A stretch of DNA of 64,000 nucleotides. It comes from Octopus vulgaris. Lineage: Eukaryota. The position numbers and the translations under genes are program-made. This document shows, one piece after another, positions 1 through 11,605 of the stretch. Positions within the stretch are counted from its first letter, which is position 1; each line of letters begins with the position of its first letter. The notes beneath the pieces were generated by a model that did not search any database, was not told the origin of the DNA, and saw only the letters and a list, made by a program, of their open reading frames with translations. Location of the stretch: NCBI GenBank assembly GCA_951406725.2, contig OX597823.1:100688001-100752000 (forward strand), given 5' to 3'.

Positions 1-396
1 CTGACTTCCACTCCCTCATCTCCCTCTGTCTATATCGCTCTTACCCTTTCTAACTGCCCTGGTCCTTATACCCTATCTATATCGCCTGCTGTCTCTTAGC
101 CTCTCCATCCGTCCCCTACTGCTTATACTCTACCTCTCTCATGACAGCTCTACCAAACTCTCTGCCTGTCCTTCTCTCTTACTGTCAATACCCTCTCCAT
201 CTGCTCCTAGATTCCCTTAATCTGTCCTCCTCTTCTTTCACTTCTCACTGACCCTCTTATCAACCACACGAGGTCACAGGTCATTCCAAAACCCATTAGT
301 CCTCCATTAGACAAAAGACTGTCACATTTCGCCCAGACATGCCGGAACCATAATTCCAATGTGGGTCACCAGAAATGCACTTAGCCAACCGTAACA

Positions 397-937
<541 letters not shown>

Positions 938-961
938 GTGTGTGTGATTGTGTATAGAAGA

Positions 962-1961
962 ATATATTAATAAAAAGAATTCCAACCTTGTCTGATTTTC
1001 ACGTTTTATTTACAATCTTATAATGATATATTATAAGATAATATATTATAATTGAATAAAATAAAATGAAATAGTAGAATGTTAAATATTCATTCTGATT
1101 GAACTAGTACTTTCATGCATTGAATTCTGCAATCTTCGGGTTCATGTAGTAGTGTTGACAGTCATGCTTCACAATTTTTGACTGTAGCAAGATGAGTGAT
1201 TCTGTGCTATAAATACAGCTGGGTAGGCTCCAGAGTGCTAGGTTTTGCAAACTGTATTCTGACCAATCAGTGTGTAGTATCACTCAATTACTTAAGCTGA
1301 TTGGTTGGTTGAGCTGATTGGTTTAGGCATCACGCTTTGTTGGACAGGTCAAGAGTCCTGTATCTTGACCCTGGCCAAAGCAGCAATTGTTGGGTTATTT
1401 TTAGAAATGTTGTAAATATCCTTTGTCAGAGATTTTTATATTTTTATATTTCAATTGTCATCATCATCATGATGACAATTGAAATATAAAAATATAAAAA
1501 TCTCTGACAAAGGATATTTACAACATTTCTAAAAATAACCCAACAATTGCTGCTTTGGCCAGGGTCAAGATACAGGACTCTTGACCTGTCCAACAAAGCG
1601 TGATGCCTAAACCAATCAGCTCAACCAACCAATCAGCTTAAGTAATTGAGTGATACTACACACTGATTGGTCAGAATACAGTTTGCAAAACCTAGCACTC
1701 TGGAGCCTACCCAGCTGTATTTATAGCACAGAATCACTCATCTTGCTACAGTCAAAAATTGTGAAGCATGACTGTCAACACTACTACATGAACCCGAAGA
1801 TTGCAGAATTCAATGCATGAAAGTACTAGTTCAATCAGAATGAATATTTAACATTCTACTATTTCATTTTATTTTATTCAATTATAATATATTATCTTAT
1901 AATATATCATTATAAGATTGTAAATAAAACGTGAAAATCAGACAAGGTTGGAATTCTTTTA

Positions 1962-1970
<9 letters not shown>
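962..1970. mobile_element. About 1-kb near-perfect palindrome of two divergent PLE pseudo-LTR-like copies
   Basis: Arm 962-1464 is the reverse complement of 1469-~1970 with a 4-nt spacer (catc). Each arm carries a hammerhead motif. Flanked by (TA)n. PLE origin is inferred from the hammerhead and the context. Confidence 0.8.
1789..1833 (+). ncRNA. Type I hammerhead ribozyme motif (mirror copy 1100-1144 on minus)
   Basis: tgaac-CCGAAGA-tTGCA gaattcaa TGCAt-GAAA-GTAC-TA-gttca. Stem I tgaac/gttca, palindromic stem III, CUA site, U4C core variant. Confidence 0.7.
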
Positions 1971-1999
<29 letters not shown>

Positions 2000-2055
2000 T
2001 ATATATATATATATATATTATATATTACATATATATTATATATTATATATATATC

Positions 2056-2283
2056 ACAAGTTATGCAGATGATACAAAAGTTTCACAGGCAATACAGAAC
2101 CCTGAAGACACTAGGCACCTGCAATATGAGCTGGACGAAATATACAAGTGGGCTGAAAAGAATAGCATGCAGTTCAATGCTGAAAAGTTTCAAGCTTTAT
2201 ACTATCAGCATGCAAAACTGAATGCAATACCCAAGGAATACACTGGACCCGGAGGGATTGCAATCCCAGAGGCACAATCAGTG
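2056..2283 (+). pseudogene. CR1-type LINE RT C-terminal fragment
   Basis: Translates as TSYADDTKVSQAIQNPEDTRHLQYELDEIYKWAEKNSMQFNAEKFQAL (YADD motif and thumb region). Confidence 0.85.
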
Positions 2284-3450
2284 TTTTAATATTCTCTATG
2301 GCCCTGGCTTCTCTCTCTGCCCTCTCCTTCTCATAGGAAAGTTTGAGTGCAGTTTCCGTTTCAAAAAGTTTCAGGTGGAGTCCCTCATTGTTTCTCTGCC
2401 GTGCATTCAGTTGCTTCGAGAGCTTAGCTCTTCGCCTCATAAGTATTTTCCTGTCTCTGGGAATAACGTTCCTATGCCCGCTGGCTTTTTCTCCGGGACA
2501 AACTTATGGCATATGTTCTGTATTGTTGTCATGAAATGTTGGAAATGTGTGTTGGTGTCTTGTGTGGTGATGAAGTCACTCCAGTCATGTTTTCGGATCT
2601 CTTCGTTGATCTTCTTCCAGTTTGCCTTATGGAAGTTTAGACTGGATAGGCCTGTGGTATTTTCTAATGGCTGCGTCTCAACTAACTCTCTCATACCATA
2701 TATCATTACCTCTACTAAGTTGTGATCTGAGAGAATTGTTGGTGTTACCATTATGTTGTGGATGAGCATCGGGTTGCTTGTGAAACAGAGGTCCAAGACA
2801 TTCTCACCTCTTGTTGGCCGAAGCACTGCTTGTTCCATGAAAAACTTGCGTGTGAGAGCCAACAAGGACTCTGTCTGTCTCTGTTCAAGTGATGTCATTC
2901 CAGGGAGGAGATGGCCATCTGGCCATTTGACTTTCGGAAGGTTAAAATCTCCCAGCAGTAGAATGGTGTTACCCTGGTCCAGTTTGTCCAGGACTTCTTC
3001 TATTCTTCTGAGGCTATCTTCAAACACTCCTTCATGACTAGGGGTGTCTGGTGGCCGATATGTGACACATATTACTATTTTCGGTTGTTTCATGTGTACT
3101 ATCAGTGTGTCACAGACTGAGTTTGAGTGTGTCAACAGTACTATGGGTGTGACATCTTCACGGACGTACAGGGCAACCCCACCATGAGTTCTTTCCTTCC
3201 TGTCTGACCAAAAAACAGTATACTTTGGTATGTGTATTTCTGCATCTGCTATACTGCTTGACAGGTGCGTTTCAGTCAGCGCTATGCATATTGCATGGTT
3301 GCTTGTGCTTAAGTCCCTAAGGTAAGGAATTTTACTCATATTAGTGGGTTTCACCAGACCTCTGACATTCAGCAGAAGCACTGGTGAGATATTTGGGGTG
3401 TCAATAAAGGCTGACAGTGTGGCACCTGAGCTGGTGTCAGCGGTGGCCAC
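2284..3450 (-). pseudogene. CR1-type LINE ORF2 5' part: APE endonuclease, frameshifted near 2470, truncated
   Basis: Motifs LLNVRGL, IALTETHL, GGVALYV, YRPP, LLGDFNLP, LDLCF, SDHNLV. Continues in another frame (MRRRAKLSKQ...AIENIK). Confidence 0.9.
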
Positions 3451-4304
3451 CCTGGGTCCCTTGATTGTGGTGGTCTTGAGTGCTGTTGTGAGTGCCCCTG
3501 GCTCTGAAGACGATGTATCCAGGCCAGTTGTCCCACAATTTTCTCTGCTATTTCCACAAAATTTCTTTGTTCTGCTGCCGCCGTCTGCATTTCCTCTGCA
3601 AATGTGCGCCTTCTCCTTGTTGGGGCATTACGCACTATGTCTGCATATTTCTGGGGCAGCTTGTATTTGTTCTGGTTTTGGTTAAGGCATTTTGGTCGAG
3701 TGGGTTTGATGCAATTTCCATAGGGCCTGGGATGAGCGAACCTGCATCCTTCCCCTGTTTCTCCATGCCAGCAGGTTCCATTCCGGAAGAATTTGCATGT
3801 TATCTGGGTTTTCTTGTCCCCAGTTCCTCTCTGTTTTCTCTTCCTCCGTTGGACGGTTGTCCGCTGGTTCCTTTCTGCATAGGTATTTTCATCCGGGTGG
3901 TTATTTTCCGTTTCCCCATCGCCGCCTATCTGTTGTTTGCCCTGCTTGCCTTCTTCGACTGTGGCAGTGGGCGTGTCATTTTTTGACACTCTGTGGTTGG
4001 TGTTTCCTGTTTCCATCTCTCTCTCTTTGTCTTTGTCCACCTTGAGGACTTGGCTTAGCAAAGCCATGTGTGGTGCAATGAGAGTGTAGGCCCTTTCGAC
4101 TTCTCTTTTCTTCCTCTCTACTTGCGCCAACGTCCTCATAAAGCCATGGCTTTTCAGGGTCGCCGCTATGTTTTTAGTTGGTTGTGATCTGTCGGCCGAG
4201 CTCCATCCTCTGATGAAAACTTCCAGCTCTACTTTCGCCCAATTACGCTGGCTTTTGTTGACACCAGTGTTTGCATTTACCTCTAATTTTTGCATGTTGT
4301 CCAT
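3369..4304 (-). CDS. LINE ORF1-like protein with Myb/SANT-like (trihelix) N-terminal domain and CCCH zinc finger
   Basis: WAKVELEVFIRGW...IAATLKSHGFMRTLAQVERKKREVERAY and CKFFRNGTCWHGETGEGCRFAHP. Lies directly upstream of the APE ORF. CT-rich leader at 4305-4770. Confidence 0.65.
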   Translation of the reverse strand: MDNMQKLEVNANTGVNKSQRNWAKVELEVFIRGWSSADRSQPTKNIAATLKSHGFMRTLAQVERKKREVERAYTLIAPHMALLSQVLKVDKDKEREMETGNTNHRVSKNDTPTATVEEGKQGKQQIGGDGETENNHPDENTYAERNQRTTVQRRKRKQRGTGDKKTQITCKFFRNGTCWHGETGEGCRFAHPRPYGNCIKPTRPKCLNQNQNKYKLPQKYADIVRNAPTRRRRTFAEEMQTAAAEQRNFVEIAEKIVGQLAWIHRLQSQGHSQQHSRPPQSRDPGWPPLTPAQVPHCQPLLTPQISHQCFC

Positions 4305-4983
4305 TCCGTTGTAGCGGGGAGAGAGAGAGAAGCTGTGAGGGAAAAAGGGAGAAGGGAGGAGAGAGGAAGAGATTGTGAGGAAGGGAGGGTGAGAGAGAGG
4401 AAAAGAAGACTGTTTTGGGGAAAGAGAGAGAGGGTGAGAGAGAGGCAGGGAAGGAAAGCGAGAGAGGGCGAGAGAGATAGAGAAAGGGGGTCTGAAGGAA
4501 AGAAAAAGAGAGAGATTGGGAGGGAGGGAGTGAGTTTGTGAGGGAAAGAGAAAGGGATAGTGAAAAGGAAGGAGAAAGGGAGAGTGAGGAGAGAGAGGGG
4601 GAGAGATAGTGTGATGGAAAGAGCGAGAGAGGGGGGGGAGAAAGAAGTAGTGCAGGAAAGCGAGAGAAAGGATTACGATGGAGAGATAGAGGGGCAGAGA
4701 GGCTGTGAAAGAAAGAGAGAGAAAGAGATTTTGAGAGAGGGAGAGAGTGTGAGAATACAAGAGAAGGAATAGCTACAATATCTTACATATACAAACATAC
4801 TTACATATATAGATATAGATAAAAGTAAAAATATCCATTCATCACAGATATGTACAACCTGTAAACATCGACACTTGTTGTCACGAAATTTACCGTTCTA
4901 AATAACACACGCGCACGATAGCGAAAGATAAGAAAACAGTTTTAAAGGTATATCTCGCAAGATCAATTTCTCCAATACACGTG

Positions 4984-5024
<41 letters not shown>

Positions 5025-5280
5025 CACATATATATCAACAGAATAATTAATCAATTAGATCGATATATTACTTTTATATTGGTATTATCAAGAGCGAAGC
5101 ACACGTGTGTGTGTCCCCCAAAACCTGTACGAAAGCACTTACATACACAGATATCTAAATTAATTAATTAGAAAAACCAATAGCACAAAAACACAAATAC
5201 ACGTGATACATATATATATATATATATATATACACATACACATATATATCAACAGAATAATATATATATATATATTATAT

Positions 5281-5411
<131 letters not shown>

Positions 5412-5415
5412 ATTA

Positions 5416-5630
5416 TGGCCCAGTGGTTAGGGCAGCGGACTTGCGGTCGGAGGATCGCGGTTTCAATTCCCAGACCGGGCGTTGTGTGTGTTTATTGAGC
5501 CAAAACACCTAAAAAGCTCCACGAGGCTCCGGCAGGGGATGGTGGTGATCCCTGCTGTACTCTTTCACCACTCTAAAGGCGGTGCTCCAGCATGGCCGCA
5601 GTCAAATGACTGAAACAAGTACAAAAAAAA

Positions 5631-5647
<17 letters not shown>
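5416..5647 (+). mobile_element. tRNA-derived SINE with poly(A) tail
   Basis: A-box TGGCCCAGTGG, B-box-like GGTTTCAATTCCC, and a 3' tail (aaaggcggtgctccagcatggccgcag...gaaacaagta) shared with the SINE at 39931. Confidence 0.8.
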
Positions 5648-5661
<14 letters not shown>

Positions 5662-5758
5662 TATATATATATATATTATATATATATATATATATTACAT
5701 ATATATATATATTACATATATATATATATATTATATATATATATATATTATATATATA

Positions 5759-5804
<46 letters not shown>

Positions 5805-8188
5805 CTAGCAGTATCGCCCGGCGTTGCTTGGGTGTGTAAGGGAAATAACTATATAAGCATTTTTAGAGAGGTATAGCCAAAAAATAGGAAAAAAATGCAT
5901 TAAAAATGGAAAAAAAATTAAGGTAAATTTCTTTTTAAATCGTTGACAAATCGTAGATATTTTTAGAGAGTTACTTCCCTTATATAATAGCGAAAAAAAT
6001 GCATTAAAATGGAAAAATATGATGGTAAATTTTTTTAAATCGTAGACTCATCGTAGACGCGCGCTAATACCCAGAAGGGCTCGATATGACTCACGACTAT
6101 AAGATACCCGGTTTGGTTTTTCTTAACCCTTTCGTTACTATATTTCTGACCAAAATACACCCCTTATGTGTTTCAATTATTTTCTAACGTAATCATAAAT
6201 TTAGTCTGGTTTCATTAAACGACAATAACTTTTTTATTTATCAATACATTTATGTGATTTTTGGAAGATAATTTAATGAAATGTCCTCAACCAATTCTAT
6301 ACTATAATTTTTGTCACAAAGTGACTCTAATTGCAGGTAGATACAGGTAAATTCAACAATATATAAAATTATTAAAATTTTGTTCAAACATCGCTATAGA
6401 AAATGGGTTATTAGCTAATATTCAATTGGGTATACAACAAAATTTTACGATATAATTTGTTATTCTGGGTAACTTTCTGATACCCATAATAATATTTATG
6501 GCAAAATAGGCCTTAATTTCATTTAAGGTTGTGGGAAATAGCAAACTATCCTTTCTTTCGTTTTGTTTACGTTTAGCATAACAGTTCGTTTCTGCCGTAA
6601 TGATTTTGTAGCAATATCGTCTCTTATTGCTATCTTCACTGTTTGAGAAGAGTATTAAGAATAACCTCGGTCGAGATTACAAACATCTTTTGCTTGTTCA
6701 ACATTGTTGTAAACACTAATTCGATTGGTTGACACGTTGGTCTCTACTACGCTCGCACCGCTGGTTATAACTTGGCGCAATATTCCTCCGCTTATTTTCG
6801 CGCCATAGTCCAAGCAGCCAATCACAGCTTTCCATTTCTGAAGTTCACTGGGAGCCTGATGAAGCTTATAAATAAGGTTTCTCAGACAAATATTCGTCTT
6901 AGGCTTTTAGTTCTTTTAAGAGCTAAGTCTCTGACCACACAGAGCATACTCGACCAAGTTCCAGTTCGAGGCAGGCGACCACCATTAATACAAGATGTTA
7001 CAGATACCTGTCATACTGTTAGTGTGAAATATCACCATGAAGAAAACGGTTACAGGATATCTATAACTAGAGAAAAATAACCAAGCAGAACATATGATGA
7101 AGAAGCAGCAAGAACCAATCGACAAACATCGAAGATTTAATTTGTACACGAGACAACTACAGATTCAACTATAGCGGTTAGGTGAAATTCTCGCCACGGA
7201 AAAAACGGCTACAGTAACATGTCTGGAAGTATATTCATATCAAGAGAAAGATAAACACAACGAGTGATTCAATTAATCTCAACTGCGACATGCAATATCT
7301 TGATATGGAACTCTTACAGTGTACCTCATAAATGGTAAATCAATTATCTGTTCTTGGGTTCTAGTTTCTTCTAACAACTACCTTAAGCCATCTGTTATTA
7401 CCTGTTGCCAGGCCGATACCAACAACATGAACTGTGAATCAAATCCCATCGTCATTTCACTGGTCAGTACCTTTTTACGCCTAACGAACACACAGACACA
7501 AAAACATGCTAACGCTTACGAACTCTTAGAATCCACATGATTGTAAAATATGTAAAATAAATAATGTATATATCTTAAAAAGAAATCTTGTTGTCATTCC
7601 AAACTTATGTGTATTGCCGCTGCATGTATTATATAGTCAGTAAATAAATTATTAAGAATGGGATCGCGTGCGACTGTCTCTTATACGGTACGACCAAGCG
7701 TGATCCTTATTTTTATAATTTCAAATGGGCTCATTCGAAAAAGTAAATAGAAATAGTTTAAGGCTTTACTCTTCTGGGAAATCACCGAAAGAAACAGTTT
7801 TTAAATTTTCACTCCATTCAGGTACCAATTCGTTTTCTTTATCGCTGTCGGATTCACTGTTTTCACTTTAATAGCTGCAAACTTGCAAAGACAAAGGAGG
7901 AGAAGGGTGATAGCGTCAGTGAAACAGTTCGTTCCCTTTGTGTGTGTGTGTGTGCGTTTGCGTGTGGTGTAAACCACATTAAGAAGAGCATTTGACATAC
8001 ACACCAGAATGTGAGTTTTCTGTAAATTTTGCTTAATTGGAGTTTAAATTTTAAAAACCGGACCTGGCATGACCCGATGCATTCTACTCTTTAAAATGCT
8101 AGGTAAATTGTAATTGAAGAAATCCTATATTGTAGATTTCTATAACTTACAAAGGGAGGCAGATAAAATCTGCCTTTTATAATAAGAG

Positions 8189-8189
<1 letters not shown>
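5805..8189 (-). mobile_element. Non-autonomous Helitron, composite
   Basis: Minus strand starts A|TCTCTTATTATAAAAGG and ends in hairpin (cccaagcaacgccggg) plus CTAG|T. No TSD. Shares segments with 37373-38837. Confidence 0.8.
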
Positions 8190-8232
<43 letters not shown>

Positions 8233-8239
8233 ATATATA

Positions 8240-8634
8240 CTAGCAGTATCGCCCGGCGTTGCTCGGGTTTGTAAGGGAAATAATTATATAAGCATTTTTA
8301 GAGATGTAAAGTATAATAGCCATCTCAATATGGCTAACCACAAAGGGGGAGGGGTGTTACTGTAGCTTTTTACGTTCTGAGATTTAATAATAAATTTTAG
8401 AGAGTTACTTCCCTTATATATGTCAAAAATGGATTAAAAATGGGAAAAATTGATGGTAAATTTTTTTTTAAATCGTAGACTCATCGTAGACGCGCGCTAA
8501 TACCCAGACGGTCTCGATATGAATCACGACTATAAGATACCCGGTTTTGGTTAAACTGCACCGCAAAATGTGGGAGTAGTTAGGAATCTAAATCGTAGGA
8601 GACAGACACACAACCTCACTTTTATATATAAAGA
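8240..8634 (-). mobile_element. Short non-autonomous Helitron
   Basis: 5' A|TCTTTATATATAAAAG, 3' hairpin cccgagcaacgccggg plus CTAG|T. Confidence 0.85.
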
Positions 8635-8731
8635 TTTCCTCTATTTACATAATATTGAGGTCTCTTTCTTTCTTTTGTTATCTTACTGTTTTTACCAATA
8701 TACATATATATATATATATAAATATATATAT

Positions 8732-9055
8732 AGTTACAGAGATGTACTTGCATAGCAAGTGACTTGATCTGAGATCGTGTGCTGGAACGAAAACAGTTGC
8801 AGCGTTGAAGGTGTTTATAAGCCATTTAAGAAACATACAAAAACCGTTAGATTCACTTCAACATTTAAATTTAATTTGTGAAAATATTTTCGTTGCTTTG
8901 AGACCGCGACCTGTTAGCACGATATTTTTGTCAGTGAACAGGTCGCGGTCTGAAAGCGACGAAAATATTTTGGCAAATTAAATTTAAATGTTGAAGTGAA
9001 TGTAACGGTTTTTGTGTGTTTCTTAAATGGCTTACAAACACCTTCCACGCTGCAA
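8732..9055. mobile_element. Fold-back PLE pseudo-LTR remnant (arms 8797-8915 and 8937-9055)
   Basis: Imperfect inverted repeat of about 119 bp between TA tracts, containing a hammerhead motif. Confidence 0.65.
8927..8977 (+). ncRNA. Type I hammerhead motif with G3-C8 swapped core
   Basis: tttgtca-GTGAACA-g-GTCGC ggtctgaaa GCGAC-GAAA-ATAT-TT-tggcaaa. 7-bp stem I, 5-bp stem II, palindromic stem III. Confidence 0.65.
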
Positions 9056-9139
9056 TATATATATACACACATATATATATATGTATGTATGTGTGTATAT
9101 GTGTATGCATGTATGTGTGTGTGTGTGCGTGTCTGTGCT

Positions 9140-9340
9140 TGTGATTGTCCTCCACCACTGCTTGACAACGAATGTTGGTTTGTTTACATCCCTGTCACCT
9201 AGTGGTTTGACAAAGGAAACAGATAGAATAAGTACAATGCTTACAAAAATAAAACTGGAGTTGATTCATTAAACTACAATTCTTCAAGGCATTGCCCCAG
9301 CATGGCCACAGACCAATGGCTGGAAAAAGCAGAAGAATAA
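9140..9340 (+). mobile_element. Degenerate SINE 3' portion
   Basis: gcttgacaac...gatagaataagtac...ccagcatggcc matches the body and tail of the SINE at 39931-40313. Confidence 0.65.
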
Positions 9341-9414
9341 AAGAATACATTCTCTGCTTTGGTCATATGTTGAAGGCATGAGAAAGCTTGAGTTTACATG
9401 AGAAGGCCTAACAA

Positions 9415-10198
9415 ACCTGGTAGAAACAGCAGCCAAATCTCCCTCAAATCACACCTTACTGTCTTATGTATGTATATGTATATGAGCCAATGAGGGGGAC
9501 CTCTACATGGTAGCTAGACCTGGTAGAAATAGCAGCCAAATTTCCCCCAAATCACACCTTACTGTCTTATATATGTATGTATGAGCCTATGAGGGAGACC
9601 CCTACATGGCAGCTAGACCTGGTAGAAATAGCAGCCAAAATTCCCCCAAATCACACCTTACTGTCTTATCTATGTATATATGTATGTATGAGCCTATGAG
9701 GGAGACCCCTACATGGCAGCTAGACATGGTAGAAATAGCAGCCAAATCTCCCTCAAATCACACCTTACTGTCTTATGTATGTATATATATATGAGCCAAT
9801 GAGGGGGACCTCTACATGGTAGCTAGACCTGGTAGAAATAGCAGCCAAAATTCCCCCAAATCACACCTTACTGTCTTATCTATGTATGTATGTATGAGCC
9901 TATGAGGGAGACCCCTACATGGCAGCTAGACCTGATAGAAATAGCAGCCAAATTTCCCCCAAATCACACCTTGCTGTCTTATCTATGTATATATGTATGT
10001 ATGAGCCTATGAGGGAGACCCCTACATGGCAGCTAGACATGGTAGAAATAGCAGCCAAATCTCCCTCAAATCACACCTTGCTGTCTTATCTATGTATATA
10101 TGTATGTATGAGCCTATGAGGGAGACCCCTACATGGCAGCTAGACATGGTAGAAATAGCAGCCAAATCTCCCTCAAATCACACCTTACTGTCTTATCT
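9415..10198. repeat. Tandem array of 99-107 bp units (7 full plus 1 partial)
   Basis: Units start at about 9415, 9518, 9617, 9724, 9827, 9930, 10037 and 10144. Length varies only in an internal (TATG/TA) tract. Confidence 0.95.
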
Positions 10199-10229
10199 TT
10201 CTGCTACTTGGATATAGGTGTTATATTCG

Positions 10230-10702
10230 TCGTAAAAAAACTTTCCTGTCACACACTCACGCACACGCACACACACGCACCCTCACACACACACACACAC
10301 GCGCACACCCACACACACCCACTCACACACACGCACGTTAGCTTACAATTTTATTTATATATTTGCGTGTCTATGTGTGGAAAGAGGAAGTGGGAGGCAG
10401 AGTGAAAGAATCACTCACTACAGTAAGTCAATTAGTTTCATTTTATTCGTTGCCCACTGTGTGTGTGCGTTTGCGTGTGCTGTAAACCAGACTAAGAAAA
10501 GCATTTGACACACACACCAGGATGTGAGTTTTCTCTAAATTTTGCTTAACTGGAGTTTAAATTTTAAAAACTGGACCTGGCATGACGCGATGCATTGTAC
10601 TCTTAAAAATGCAAGGTAAATTGTAATTGAAGAAATCCTATATTGTAGATTTGTATAACTCCCAAAGGGAGGCAGATAAAATCTGCCTTTTATAATAAGA
10701 GA
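10230..10702 (-). mobile_element. Helitron 5' fragment
   Basis: Same A|TCTCTTATTATAAAAGGCAG 5' end as neighbours. No 3' CTAG end found. Left boundary approximate. Confidence 0.7.
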
Positions 10703-10715
10703 TATTATATATATA

Positions 10716-11574
10716 CTAGCAGAATTGCCCGGCGTTGCTCGGGGCTGAATTGCTTGAAAGTACTGTTAATGATTGCACTGAATTATGATGATTATTCAGG
10801 CAAATATTGAAATAAGCTTACGGTGGGAGATAAGGACTTAACGCCAAACGTGTGCCATTGCATTGTTTTGGGGGAACCAAATTTCTGATGAGCATTATAG
10901 GGGCACTAACTTTAAGTTTGAGAAAGTGTGGTGGTAGTCCGGGGTGCTCAAAGCAATTGAGTACCTCTATTGGATAGTTGATGACGTCCTCTGGGTCAGG
11001 AGTTGTATCGATAGACTGATATACATCGACTTCCCCAGGAATGAGTTTTAGCATTTCATCATTAATATGGTGAACAGTTTTATTCCTCGGGGCCAGTATA
11101 GCCTTTTTGCCAATCCAATCCATATTCTGATAATTAGCTTGTAAATCTGGGAACACTGCATCTCTGAGATCAGAAGGCGTCTTAACAATGGTACAAATGG
11201 AATCGATGGCAATATTACCATTTTCATCCCCTGGTATTTTGCCTTCGCCAAGTGCAAGGAGGGTGTGAGGAAATGCTGGTGATGTGATATTACGTCGCAT
11301 ATGAGCACGCATTTTGGTGTGAAGTTTGAGAGTTACTTCCGTTTATTTTAAAAAATATGCATTAAAATGGAAAAAAATGATGGTAAATTATTTGTAAAAT
11401 CATACTCATTGTAGACGCGCGCTAATACCCAGAAGGGCTCGATATGAATCACGACTATAAGATACCCGGTTTTGGTTAAACTGCATCGCAAAATGTGGGA
11501 GTAGTTAGGAATCTAAATCGGAGTAGACAGACACACAACCTTTCTTTTATATATAAATACATACATACACACAC

Positions 11575-11605
<31 letters not shown>

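Noticed and set aside
1-396. CT-rich stretch ending in gtaac before (TA)n, possibly another PLE or LINE end
   Set aside because: Cut by the window edge, with no ORF or hammerhead core found, so it cannot be assigned.
4305-4772. N-terminal 150 aa of ORF 3369..4760 and the plus-strand R/E/G-rich ORFs
   Set aside because: Low-complexity GA/CT tract. The plausible start is the ATG at 4304.
5416-5486. tRNA gene candidates (also 39931-40000)
   Set aside because: A and B boxes run into SINE bodies and tails, and there is no clean cloverleaf.
9415-10198. CRISPR-like appearance of the regular array
   Set aside because: Whole units repeat with no unique spacers, there are no cas genes, and the context is eukaryotic.
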